DNA of 64,000 nucleotides, from positions 1,690 through 65,689 of IMG/VR virus record IMGVR_UViG_3300042197_002404; one strand, 5' to 3'. Made by a program: the position numbers and the translations under genes. Positions 28,301 through 36,306 of this stretch are shown here, piece after piece. The stretch comes from a virus. Taxonomy: Duplodnaviria; Caudoviricetes. Positions within the stretch are counted from its first letter, which is position 1; each line of letters opens with the position of its first letter. Below the pieces are notes generated by a model. It was not told where the DNA came from. It saw only the letters and a program-made list of their open reading frames with translations, and did no database searches.

Positions 28301-31181
28301 GTAGGGTAAGATAGTAGATACCATCTTGCTCTCCACTTACATATCTTTGGGCTTCTTGGTTTCTGTAAACATAATAAGTATTTGTATATCTCTTTCTCTT
28401 GAAGTAAGGAAGTTCAGTTGTTCTTGCACTTGTATCACTTGCAAAGGTTCCTGGATTAGTTGTCAAACCAACAGAGAAGTGCTTTGCACTACTGATGCCA
28501 GTCACAACGTACTTTCTGTTGAAAGAAGTTCCCGCTAATCCTGTTGGGTTTGTTGAACTCTTAATATTTACAAGTTCAACCTGTGATCCAACAATCAGAT
28601 TGTGAGGAAGTTCTGTAATAACATCAACTTTTGTTCCATCCCAACTTGCATCTGCGATAATTCTAAAGTTCCTTTGAGCATTTTCATTTGGGAGAGAACC
28701 TGATCCAAAATAAGTTTGAATCTCACCATTAGTTGATCCGATTGATGTATTGGACTCTTGAATGATAAATCCATCACTTGGAGGTCTTGCAATCGCACCG
28801 TTGATATTTTTTGGAATTACATATCTTAAACGATATAGTGTGTCTGTTGCATTTCTATTATCCGACTTTCTCCTGATAAATGTTCTGGGTGTTGCATCAC
28901 CAAGAGCAGTTGATCCAAGACCAACAATAGTATTATAAATTGTGTTTTCAGTTGATGCTGCTGAAACCTTAATATACCACTGTGAATTTGTAGCATCGTA
29001 CTGGATTGGGTGACCAATATCACCAGAGTTTTTATCTGATACTCTACTCACTACTTTCAGAAGTCCACCCTTCTCATTAATAGGAAGTTCTGTTCCGTTC
29101 AGAGCATTATTTAAAGTTTTTGCAAGTTTAATATCGGTATTTGTAGACAGACCAGCAGTAATCGCATAAAATACAGTATTTGGTAGAAGTCCATCAGGAA
29201 GTTGTCCAGTATCACTTAGAACTCTGACAGATTCTCCATTAATAAATGTATGTGGTTGAGTTAGAGTGATTACGTTCGTACCATTTCCGTAGGTTGCACC
29301 AATACTATTGATTCCTGTAGCACTACGACCAACTGTAAATACTTTTTCAGAACTGGATGTTGATCCATCCATTACAATACGAGAACTATATTCAGTAACA
29401 GACCCAGCAAAAGATACAAGTACTTTCAGAGAATCATTTTCTCTTGCACCGATTCTATATCCCTCAAGAACGTTTTCGGGAGGAACATCTGCGTTTGTTT
29501 CATCATACAAGAATAAGTGTGCAGTTGATGCAACACCTACAGTTTTATTCACATCAATAGAACTGAATTCTATTGAGTTTTCTGTAAGCGGGATTTCTTT
29601 TGGTGGAATGATATGAGTGATGTATCCAGTATCATCTTGGGGGAATGCATCATTTCTAAATCCAGATGCAACCAGAGACTTTGCACCAAAGTTTGAGTTT
29701 GAGTTGGTGATTGACATATCACCACCATTTTCTGCTACAAAGTGCTCGGCATATCCAATAGCAAAGATTGAGACACACTGGATAAATGAGTTATTTGTAG
29801 ACTTGATGTGGAAGTTTTTATATGTTGGTTTAAATACTGCTCTAGAATCATTACTCAGATTAGCATCAGATAGTTCTGTAGTATCATTATATGTTCCTGT
29901 GACAGTACTATATTTTACAAATGCATTATCGTCTTTTTGAAGACCAATACCAGTAAACTGAGCAACAACCATAGATTTAAATCCTGTTGCCTTGTCACCA
30001 TCTGCAAGCAATCCACACATTCCAAAAACAGAACGTAGAGAAATATTAAAGATGTATGGTGAAGCAGAAGATACTGTATCCGACTGGAGAGCTAATGATG
30101 CACCAGTTACTGATGGAAGTGCTACTGATGGAGTATTTTGTACTTGATAGACAATCTCTGTTGAACTTAGTTTCTCCGCAACAGTAAACTGACCGTCATA
30201 GTCATCAGAAACTCCCTCTACTCTGAACGGAGTATCAACATCAAGACCATCAACTGCTGTTACAGTAGTGACTGTAATGTTTGTTGATGGAGTTACACCA
30301 TCACCAGATCTTATACTTGTGATTCCTACAGATAAACCAGTAGATCCAACGATACGAAACTCATCAATCTTAGGTTGAATATCAAGACCAGAACTTGGAT
30401 AATCTGGTTCAATAGCACGTCCTGAAGACTGACCATAAACTAATCCAATTTTCTCATAGTACATATCCAAATCTGTGCGATCTGTTGAATATGTTAGAAA
30501 ATCATCGTTGATATTAACATCATTTACTCCATCAGCATATTCAAAACAAGAAAGTTTGTGATGGGAAAAGTTGGGAACAAACTGATTTGCTGTATAGTCA
30601 ATATAGCAACGTGTATTTGGATCTGCATCAAACAAACTAAACTGCCAAAGATAACAAGCACCAGTTACTCTGAAAATGGTTGTTCTTTCAATATTATCAT
30701 TTGTTGGATCTGGAACATACTTAGGACGAATCTTTGTCTTACGAAGATCAAGACCAACGATTGAAGTTCCTCTTGGAAGAATTACACCACCGTAAATACT
30801 ATTCAATTTGTAGAGTTCATTATCTGGTGATGTAAGATCAAAGTTTGTGTTTAGATCATATGGAGGAAGATTATTTGACGTAGAACCATTTCTCAGTCTA
30901 TAGTTGTTAGCACCGTCAGGAATCCATCCTGGACGATTATCTACAATATGATCTCCTGGATATAGTAAGATTGTGGTCTTCCCAAATCTATCATTATTCA
31001 GTCCTCTTTGATATGAAAATCTAGCAGATTCAATCAAAGCACGTTGAATAGTCTTAAACGGGCGGGTAAGAGAGTTACCTTGGTTTTCAATACTATCAGT
31101 AGCATCTAAGTCATTTGGATTGACGTAAATAATAGTACCACGAACCGACTTCAGAAAATTATCTAGACGTGAGAGACCCAT
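25317..31181 (-). CDS. Large virion structural/proximal tail-fibre protein (1954 aa)
   Basis: GNSLTRPFKTIQRAL N-terminus, ITNGGAGY repeats, VGIGT fibre repeats near the C-terminus. Confidence 0.8.
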   Translation of the reverse strand: MGLSRLDNFLKSVRGTIIYVNPNDLDATDSIENQGNSLTRPFKTIQRALIESARFSYQRGLNNDRFGKTTILLYPGDHIVDNRPGWIPDGANNYRLRNGSTSNNLPPYDLNTNFDLTSPDNELYKLNSIYGGVILPRGTSIVGLDLRKTKIRPKYVPDPTNDNIERTTIFRVTGACYLWQFSLFDADPNTRCYIDYTANQFVPNFSHHKLSCFEYADGVNDVNINDDFLTYSTDRTDLDMYYEKIGLVYGQSSGRAIEPDYPSSGLDIQPKIDEFRIVGSTGLSVGITSIRSGDGVTPSTNITVTTVTAVDGLDVDTPFRVEGVSDDYDGQFTVAEKLSSTEIVYQVQNTPSVALPSVTGASLALQSDTVSSASPYIFNISLRSVFGMCGLLADGDKATGFKSMVVAQFTGIGLQKDDNAFVKYSTVTGTYNDTTELSDANLSNDSRAVFKPTYKNFHIKSTNNSFIQCVSIFAIGYAEHFVAENGGDMSITNSNSNFGAKSLVASGFRNDAFPQDDTGYITHIIPPKEIPLTENSIEFSSIDVNKTVGVASTAHLFLYDETNADVPPENVLEGYRIGARENDSLKVLVSFAGSVTEYSSRIVMDGSTSSSEKVFTVGRSATGINSIGATYGNGTNVITLTQPHTFINGESVRVLSDTGQLPDGLLPNTVFYAITAGLSTNTDIKLAKTLNNALNGTELPINEKGGLLKVVSRVSDKNSGDIGHPIQYDATNSQWYIKVSAASTENTIYNTIVGLGSTALGDATPRTFIRRKSDNRNATDTLYRLRYVIPKNINGAIARPPSDGFIIQESNTSIGSTNGEIQTYFGSGSLPNENAQRNFRIIADASWDGTKVDVITELPHNLIVGSQVELVNIKSSTNPTGLAGTSFNRKYVVTGISSAKHFSVGLTTNPGTFASDTSARTTELPYFKRKRYTNTYYVYRNQEAQRYVSGEQDGIYYLTLLNASNSPNVAPFTDESYSQPVKELYPQTNRDNPDTDPGETTSFALSSLIGDVVVNDVRKSVTKETLTKVLRDTDIGVGVTDIVSTTGTAHTIYTTIDHGLNRLTSVTITNGGAGYGSGSAGDLYNAKLVSIGSSVTGQYATAKITVNGSGTITAVKIMDGGSAYGIGNTLAVVGVQTVAGYSQAVVTVSSTYNNVGDTLRVVGVSSESYAGYNQLYRITGVNVGSSKAVTVESAESVSGFTTTGIGVTLTTGAYTYLTGEAVRINNLTYDNVSGIATITTRNSHGFKVDQKVKLVGFNESTYTGDFVVTEVLDILASTPTYKFSVNIGVADSAPTPTGAGTTYAYRLGYTSNDGVITENNENLGGRMIPNYAGITTTLSADVPNVTTDEVSLTGISNLDVNIGDYLLLDDEIVRVKTTTTGSNPLYVFRGVLGTKPATHSINGTVRKISVNPTELRRHSINRASGHTFEYVGFGPGNYSTALPDKQDRTISAAEELLAQSTKREGGINFYTGMNDRGISYSGNKKLSTVTGIEEIFDTPVQTITGEDISVVPNINVLNPLEGLFSRSIRVEGGPDNKVSSEFNGPVIVNNKLTVNSPKGLESNNLYLQGDATVSRKYTVGIATPSLAGNPGDVVYYANPTAGGYVGWIYTLDNDWYRFGNVSISKDLNIGIFDQIGIATTSPGFNRLLIGSGSTQFSVNNGQVGVGTTGNGYALHVIGSTNIVGTVTATAFVGDGSGITNVNVSNTGWTNIGGGIYNTNLNNVGIGTSIPSYNLEVGYPGISTSLYVHGEAKFVGFITANNVNISGILTAAAFDLDNSSTGRINAGIITSSTIHAGVALTTLYVSGTDVGIGTSAPRAKFDIEGHARFKTYSENVGFVTVVANVSVIDLSQAQTFICTATANINQFTLINAPSGSTEFTIRITQDGTGNRSVGIDTFRTSGGAVIPVYWPGGGVLPIVTPTANKSDIYTFKLFDGTSLTTSGIYGVVVGQNFDN

Positions 31182-31225
31182 CTTATTAATGCTTATAGTT
31201 TCCGTTATGGATTATTTATCATACG

Positions 31226-31259
31226 AAAAAAGGGTAACTCGTTTCCGAGTCACCCTTTT
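31226..31259 (-). terminator. Rho-independent terminator upstream of the late fibre operon
   Basis: AAAAGGGTGACTCG-GAAA-CGAGTTACCCTTTTTT, followed by ATAAATA. Confidence 0.8.
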
Positions 31260-31284
31260 CGCACTTCCTTCACACTTTATTATT

Positions 31285-31896
31285 TTACCACTTCTCTTCT
31301 TTCCACGTCAACCTTTTCTCCAATTCTTTATCAAAAATCATTAGGTATCTGTGTTTTCTTGTTCTTTCTCTCCATTCACCTTCCAATCCTTTTACGGAAC
31401 CTCTTGAATGTTTAGTTCCATCGGCATAATAAAAATCTTTTTTTGAATCCGTTAACCCATAATACTTGAAATTACAAGCGCGGTAGATAATTCCGTTGTG
31501 GCGAGTAGAATCAGCGTAGCTAAGAATAACAGAAACATTTGCATCTTTTTTAAATCTCCGAATGCAACGACTTAAGAACCAGGATGTGATATTATATTCT
31601 TCTTTTTGTATATCTGGGTGTATGCAGAGTCTTGAAAGTTCATATATTCCTTCTTGTTGATTTCTTTCTAATCCAAATGCCCCTACGGCAATTTCTGGAA
31701 CTGGGAGACTAGTGAAAACAATCCCACCAAGACAACCGCCAATATTAAGAGGGCATTCCCAGTCAGTATGTTTGAAAAGTCCATAGTTATACCAAGACTT
31801 AAAGGTTTTACTTTCATCCTTAAGATAATGATGAGTTAAAAAGAGTGGTTCAAGTTCTTTTTTTGTCACCCGATCTATGTAGTATTGACTTTTCAT
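31285..31896 (-). CDS. Mom-like (GNAT) DNA-modification protein
   Basis: HHYL...YELSRLC...TSWFLSRCIR...ILSYADS..HNG.IYRACNFKYYG. Confidence 0.7.
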   Translation of the reverse strand: MKSQYYIDRVTKKELEPLFLTHHYLKDESKTFKSWYNYGLFKHTDWECPLNIGGCLGGIVFTSLPVPEIAVGAFGLERNQQEGIYELSRLCIHPDIQKEEYNITSWFLSRCIRRFKKDANVSVILSYADSTRHNGIIYRACNFKYYGLTDSKKDFYYADGTKHSRGSVKGLEGEWRERTRKHRYLMIFDKELEKRLTWKEEKW

Positions 31897-31914
31897 AATA
31901 ATAAGTATTTGTGC

Positions 31915-32586
31915 TTATTTGCTAACATCTTTCAAGTTTCTGGACACTTTCCATCCTTTGTGTTGACTGTAAATTCCCCTAGCAACATAGTTAACTTTAG
32001 AATATGTTAAATTGTGTTTGGAACAAAAATCTAATATTTCTGTAGTAATTGTAGTTTCGCCAGAAGGAGAAGTAAAAGTATAAACGTATTTTCTGTAAAG
32101 TTCATTATTTCTATTTTTTTGAGATTTTGATATATTATTTTTATGTTCCTCTGATAATTTACTACCGACTTTACTATCACTCATTTTTTTCCTAGATTCT
32201 TCAGAAAATTTTCGGTTTTTTAGTTTTTTACTTAATTTTTTCCTGGTTTCTTTGGAAAATTTTCTTCCTCTTGCAATTTTTCTTAATTTTTCTTTATGCT
32301 CATCACTAATAACTCTTGGAGAACCTGAAGTTCCTTCACCTCCATTAGTCATATTATATAAAATTCCAGTCCCTAAATCTTTTCTACCAAAAATAGAAAT
32401 CATATAGATTTCGTGTTTAAATGCTTCTTCTTCAGTTAAATTCTTTTTTAGAAAGATTATTCTGTTCTTATCTTTTGGTGGTTTTATTCTTCTATCTTTC
32501 CTATAAATTCTTCTCTTTTTACCTTTACCAATATAGTAAGGAGTTCCGTCTTCACGCAGATATGCGTAAGTGTAATATTCGTTCAT
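31915..32586 (-). mobile_element. Free-standing GIY-YIG homing endonuclease with NUMOD3-like repeats
   Basis: MNEYYTYAYLREDGTPYYIGKG...EAFKHE...LYNMTNGG; four S.E.(R/K).K.(S/R) repeats; 5' DNA nearly identical to 5333..5914. Confidence 0.85.
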
Positions 32587-32609
32587 CGTGTCTTGGCGTT
32601 GACTATTAG

Positions 32610-32617
32610 TATTTATA
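32610..32617 (-). promoter_or_regulatory. T4-type late promoter of the endonuclease
   Basis: TATAAATA 23 nt upstream of the ATG. Confidence 0.75.
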
Positions 32618-32624
32618 ATACCAT

Positions 32625-32675
32625 AAAAGGAGGACTTACGCAACTAAATCCGCCAAGACACTAGTTGCTGCCTCC
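32625..32675 (-). ncRNA. Hairpin with loop antisense to the endonuclease leader
   Basis: GGAGGCA-GCAACTAG-TGTCTTGGCGGAT-TTAGTTGC-GTAAGT-CCTCC-TTTT; 32651-32661 is perfectly complementary to 32588-32598. Confidence 0.6.
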
Positions 32676-32677
32676 AA

Positions 32678-32851
32678 TTACTCACTTTGTTTGCATTCTA
32701 ACATATATTCTACGGTATTTGCTACATCATTCATAGCATCACGAAGATGAGGTTGTTGTCCCGATTCTTGTCTTATCACTGGACGGGAATCTTGAGTTAA
32801 TACCCATCTCCACTGACCCATTTCTTTACAATACCAGAGATTAATCTTCAT
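32678..32851 (-). CDS. Small hypothetical protein (57 aa)
   Basis: Read manually: MKINLWYCKEMGQWRWVLTQD... Confidence 0.65.
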   Translation of the reverse strand: MKINLWYCKEMGQWRWVLTQDSRPVIRQESGQQPHLRDAMNDVANTVEYMLECKQSE

Positions 32852-33035
32852 TCTTAAAGTGCTCCAGTTTTAACCAGTTAATCAAAGCATTTAACTCCAT
32901 CATAGCAGCACCATTTAACTGGACATCAGACACACCAAGGTCTTTAAATGCTTGGTCTCTGCGAAGAGTATCGTCACGATAATACTCTAATGCTTCAATA
33001 GCAAGTTGTCTATCTCTTTGTGATATTAATGACAT
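32841..33035 (-). CDS. Small hypothetical protein
   Basis: 64-aa ORF overlapping the next start. Confidence 0.6.
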   Translation of the reverse strand: MSLISQRDRQLAIEALEYYRDDTLRRDQAFKDLGVSDVQLNGAAMMELNALINWLKLEHFKNED

Positions 33036-33055
33036 ATGAGTTCTTTTATGAACTA

Positions 33056-33140
33056 AGCTGGAGACAGGATTTGAACCTGCGGTGTCCTTTCAGAGCGGCA
33101 TTACAAGTGCCGTGCGTTCGACCTCTACGCTAACTCCAGC
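33056..33140 (-). tRNA. tRNA-Thr(UGU) with long variable arm
   Basis: GCTGGAG/CTCCAGC acceptor; CGGCA-CTTGTAA-TGCCG anticodon arm; 15-nt variable region; GCAGG-TTCAAAT-CCTGT T arm; no encoded CCA. Confidence 0.8.
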
Positions 33141-33143
33141 AAA

Positions 33144-33413
33144 TTAATCAACAGGCAACATTTCAGGATTTTCCAGTTCAACGTCAAATAACATTGGATG
33201 GCACTCTTCATCAATCAAGTAGAATGATGTCCGATACAAATCTTCTGGATCATACCTTAACTGTTGGTCTGCTAAGTGAATAACTTCCAAGTCTTGCATC
33301 GCACAATCAGGAAGTTCATCAAAAGTAAATGGAATGTGATTTATAAAGTACATTAGAACAATTTGAGTTCCTTTATTGTACCAACAATATGCGGCATCAA
33401 TTTTGTACTTCAT
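33144..33413 (-). CDS. Hypothetical protein
   Basis: 89-aa ORF between the tRNAs with AGGAG Shine-Dalgarno. Confidence 0.65.
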   Translation of the reverse strand: MKYKIDAAYCWYNKGTQIVLMYFINHIPFTFDELPDCAMQDLEVIHLADQQLRYDPEDLYRTSFYLIDEECHPMLFDVELENPEMLPVD

Positions 33414-33456
33414 AGGATCTACTCCTACTTTTGTTTATTTAGAGGTTAAACTCTAA

Positions 33457-33529
33457 TACCTGTGGTGAGATTCGAACTCACGCTTGAACGATTTTAAGTC
33501 GTTTGCCTCTTCCGCTGGGCTACACAGGC
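33457..33529 (-). tRNA. tRNA-Leu(UAA) with short variable loop
   Basis: GCCTGTG/CACAGGT acceptor, A73; AACGA-CTTAAAA-TCGTT; 5-nt variable loop; GTGAG-TTCGAAT-CTCAC. Confidence 0.85.
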
Positions 33530-33538
33530 AAGAAAATC

Positions 33539-33748
33539 CTACTCCTGAACGTAGGATTTAGGATGATACTTTAAATACTCATAAAATGTCAACTTCATTT
33601 CTTTTTGTGTCATACCACAGTGTTTTGCTGCAGCAGGAAGAGTCATTTTAGAATAAAACAATCCTTCATTTGCCTCTTCAACATTTTGTGGAGTTGTTTT
33701 CACAGGAGGTTCCCAAAGATTTGTTAGATTGATTTTAAATGGATTCAT
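33539..33748 (-). CDS. Small hypothetical protein (possible HTH)
   Basis: MTLPAAAKHCGMTQKEMK resembles a helix-turn-helix. Confidence 0.6.
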   Translation of the reverse strand: MNPFKINLTNLWEPPVKTTPQNVEEANEGLFYSKMTLPAAAKHCGMTQKEMKLTFYEYLKYHPKSYVQE

Positions 33749-33826
33749 ACTTTCAAAAAAGTATCGTGCGTAAAAATTTGCCGGGATTTTTTGCCACCCA
33801 AAATGGAATTAAAAGTCGATTTTTCC

Positions 33827-34009
33827 TCAGAGAGGACTTGCATACGAAAGAACTTCTTTGTCTACAGTATTACGAACAAAATCCAAAACATTCATAAACT
33901 CATCAACGGTCTCACAGGACACTTGTCGTTCTGACCCTTCATTAGAGTAGAGATACACGGTTCTCTTAATGGGGTCCACCACGCAGCGTGTCAGGTACTC
34001 GTCTTGCAT
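33827..34009 (-). CDS. Small hypothetical protein
   Basis: 60-aa ORF directly after a sigma70 promoter. Confidence 0.65.
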   Translation of the reverse strand: MQDEYLTRCVVDPIKRTVYLYSNEGSERQVSCETVDEFMNVLDFVRNTVDKEVLSYASPL

Positions 34010-34034
34010 TCGGTCGTCCGTTGATTACCTAGGT

Positions 34035-34063
34035 ATCATAGCACGGTCAAAGGTCCTTGTCAA
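34035..34063 (-). promoter_or_regulatory. Sigma70-like early promoter for the small-ORF/tRNA cluster
   Basis: TTGACA-N17-TATGAT. Confidence 0.7.
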
Positions 34064-34791
34064 GCCAGACTGCCAACCAAGTTTCCATTAATATTTGCGA
34101 CCCAAACTGTTGCAGTTCCATTACTTGAAGAAAGTGTAAACGTACTAACAGAATTAGATCCAGACCTAGATAGTTCAACTGAAGAATATCCAGAAGTTGT
34201 TGTACTAGCCTGGATAGAGATAGTTCTTGAATTTAAACTGTCAGTATTTCTAAGATAAAGATATACCATTCTGCCATTTGTCAAATTTGAAATCTGAAAT
34301 GTTTTTCCCCCATTAAAGGAAGCACTATGATGATATAGTTGAGTAGTTGACGCATCTACAGTAAAAGTTCCAGTCGATCCGTCAGAACTACTTAAAGTTC
34401 CTGATGCAACATAAACTGGAGATGTTGTTATTCCAGAAATACTCAACTGATTTGAAAAAATAGTAGATGTATTAGTTGTTATTCCAACAAATGTAGAAAC
34501 CCCAGAAACGTATAATTGGGATGTTGATGTTCCACTTCCAGTTACGGTTAGTTGAGACGTTAAAGTAGATGTTCCAATACCCACAAGTCTTGTGGTGTAA
34601 ATGCCAGATTGATCTGTAGTTTCATACCAATACCCTTTAGTATTTTCTACGGGTATAACTCCGTGTCTGAATTTTTCAGAAACAAGAAGATCATAAGTAG
34701 TTTGCCCTACCGATATTCCACCAGGATATGATATGCCATCAAGACTTGTGGTTGTAATACCAGTATCAATTACATACAAATATTGTGCCAT
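34060..34791 (-). CDS. Fibre/spike-like structural protein
   Basis: VGIGTS and LYVSGVSTFVGIT fibre repeats; Ser/Thr-rich. Confidence 0.65.
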   Translation of the reverse strand: MAQYLYVIDTGITTTSLDGISYPGGISVGQTTYDLLVSEKFRHGVIPVENTKGYWYETTDQSGIYTTRLVGIGTSTLTSQLTVTGSGTSTSQLYVSGVSTFVGITTNTSTIFSNQLSISGITTSPVYVASGTLSSSDGSTGTFTVDASTTQLYHHSASFNGGKTFQISNLTNGRMVYLYLRNTDSLNSRTISIQASTTTSGYSSVELSRSGSNSVSTFTLSSSNGTATVWVANINGNLVGSLA

Positions 34792-34803
34792 TAGTAGATC
34801 TCC

Positions 34804-35496
34804 TTATTTGTTAATACTATAAATTGAGTTGTCGCCAGGATAATCATCAATACTTGTTCCCTCATATTCCACAATAAGTTTTTCTCCATCTTTTCTTTCT
34901 CCATTAACCATAAAGTAACAATCAATTGCAGATGCATTTCCAGATCTAATCAATATCTTTTTACCCCACTCAATCTTATCCACAATCAAATCTTGAGAGG
35001 ATCCAATCTGAGTAAGAGTTACTGTGATTGTTTCTGGATCAACAAGACCAACCCAATAATCAGGCAACTCAATAACAGTTGAGTTTGTTAATCTACCACG
35101 GTAATAAACTCCAGACTCTGGACCCTCTAAACATACGTGGCGAAGTCTATGTCCAGGTTTTGTTGGGTGTGGAATATCAAAAGGTTTTCTTGATGTTAAA
35201 GTAACACCACTAGCAGTTACCTGAGATGCTGTTACTGTTCCCGATATATTGATATTACCACTACCAGTAATTCCTGGAGAGTTTATCTGAAGACCATCAA
35301 TCTGTGCTGTTTTGTGATACCAAGGAGGACAAGCATCTTCTGGATAGTTTGCTTGATCAGCATTACCTTTAAAGATGTAAGAGTACAGCGTAGATGGTTC
35401 ACCCCAAGCAGCACGATCTGTACAATCTTTTTCTCCTGTTGAAGGAATAAACTCTCCAGGGAAATCTGCATTTTTTGGTTGTCCTGGTGCTACCAT
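34804..35496 (-). CDS. Baseplate spike-associated protein with FDIPHP C-terminal domain
   Basis: KPFDIPHPTKPGHRLRHVCLEGPE..VYYRGR; paralog of the next gene. Confidence 0.65.
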   Translation of the reverse strand: MVAPGQPKNADFPGEFIPSTGEKDCTDRAAWGEPSTLYSYIFKGNADQANYPEDACPPWYHKTAQIDGLQINSPGITGSGNINISGTVTASQVTASGVTLTSRKPFDIPHPTKPGHRLRHVCLEGPESGVYYRGRLTNSTVIELPDYWVGLVDPETITVTLTQIGSSQDLIVDKIEWGKKILIRSGNASAIDCYFMVNGERKDGEKLIVEYEGTSIDDYPGDNSIYSINK

Positions 35497-36294
35497 TTAC
35501 TGGTCCTCCTTTCTAACGTCGTAATGATATCCAGATACTGAATATTCATCATTATTTCCAGGATAATCTGCTGGCGTTTCTCCCTCATATTCTGGGATCA
35601 ATCTTTCCCCATCTGCTCTTGTAGCAAAAATATGGAAGAAACAATCAATCGGCATACCACCATATGCCTGAAGATATATTTTTTCTTCATCCATTCTCTT
35701 TACAATCACATTTTGATGTGCCCCAACAGGTGTTAGATTAACCGTAATCGTGGTCCAGTCAACAAGTTTCTTCCAATATCCTGGAAGAATAATCTCAGTC
35801 TTGTTTATAACTCTTCCTCTGTAATAAACATCATTAGATGGACCTTCGGGACACGTATGACGAAGACGATATCCTGGTTTTGTTGGGTGAGGAATATCAA
35901 AGTTTTTCTTTGCTGCCAAGATATGACCACCACAGTTTGAAATTACATTTCCACCAGCAATAATGTCACGTCCTGCTTGAATCCTAAAGTTGACATCAAG
36001 ATTTCCCATAATTGCAGCATTATCAGAAACTGCTAGAGCATATGGATTACTTAAACCTTGACATAAAGATCCTGGAGCTATCGGAGGAACCGAATCTGGG
36101 TCACTATTAGTAAGTGGCGCAACCATTAAAGTTGCGTATGGTGTCGGATAGTGAGTAGGACTACCAACTACCATAGGACCTTCAATAAATGCAGATCCAT
36201 TAATCTTTTGATCACCCTCTTTAATCGCAGGAACAATACCTGTTCCTACTTTAAGTTGTCCACCAACATTAACATCATCCCATCCTGCGGTCAT
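35497..36294 (-). CDS. Baseplate spike-associated protein with FDIPHP C-terminal domain
   Basis: KNFDIPHPTKPGYRLRHTCPEGPS..VYYRGR. Confidence 0.65.
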   Translation of the reverse strand: MTAGWDDVNVGGQLKVGTGIVPAIKEGDQKINGSAFIEGPMVVGSPTHYPTPYATLMVAPLTNSDPDSVPPIAPGSLCQGLSNPYALAVSDNAAIMGNLDVNFRIQAGRDIIAGGNVISNCGGHILAAKKNFDIPHPTKPGYRLRHTCPEGPSNDVYYRGRVINKTEIILPGYWKKLVDWTTITVNLTPVGAHQNVIVKRMDEEKIYLQAYGGMPIDCFFHIFATRADGERLIPEYEGETPADYPGNNDEYSVSGYHYDVRKEDQ

Positions 36295-36306
36295 TTTTCA
36301 GTCTCC

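Noticed and set aside
33056-33140. tRNA-Tyr(GUA) assignment suggested by the long arm and GTA in the loop
   Set aside because: The 5-bp stem places TGT at positions 34-36, and the discriminator is U rather than A.
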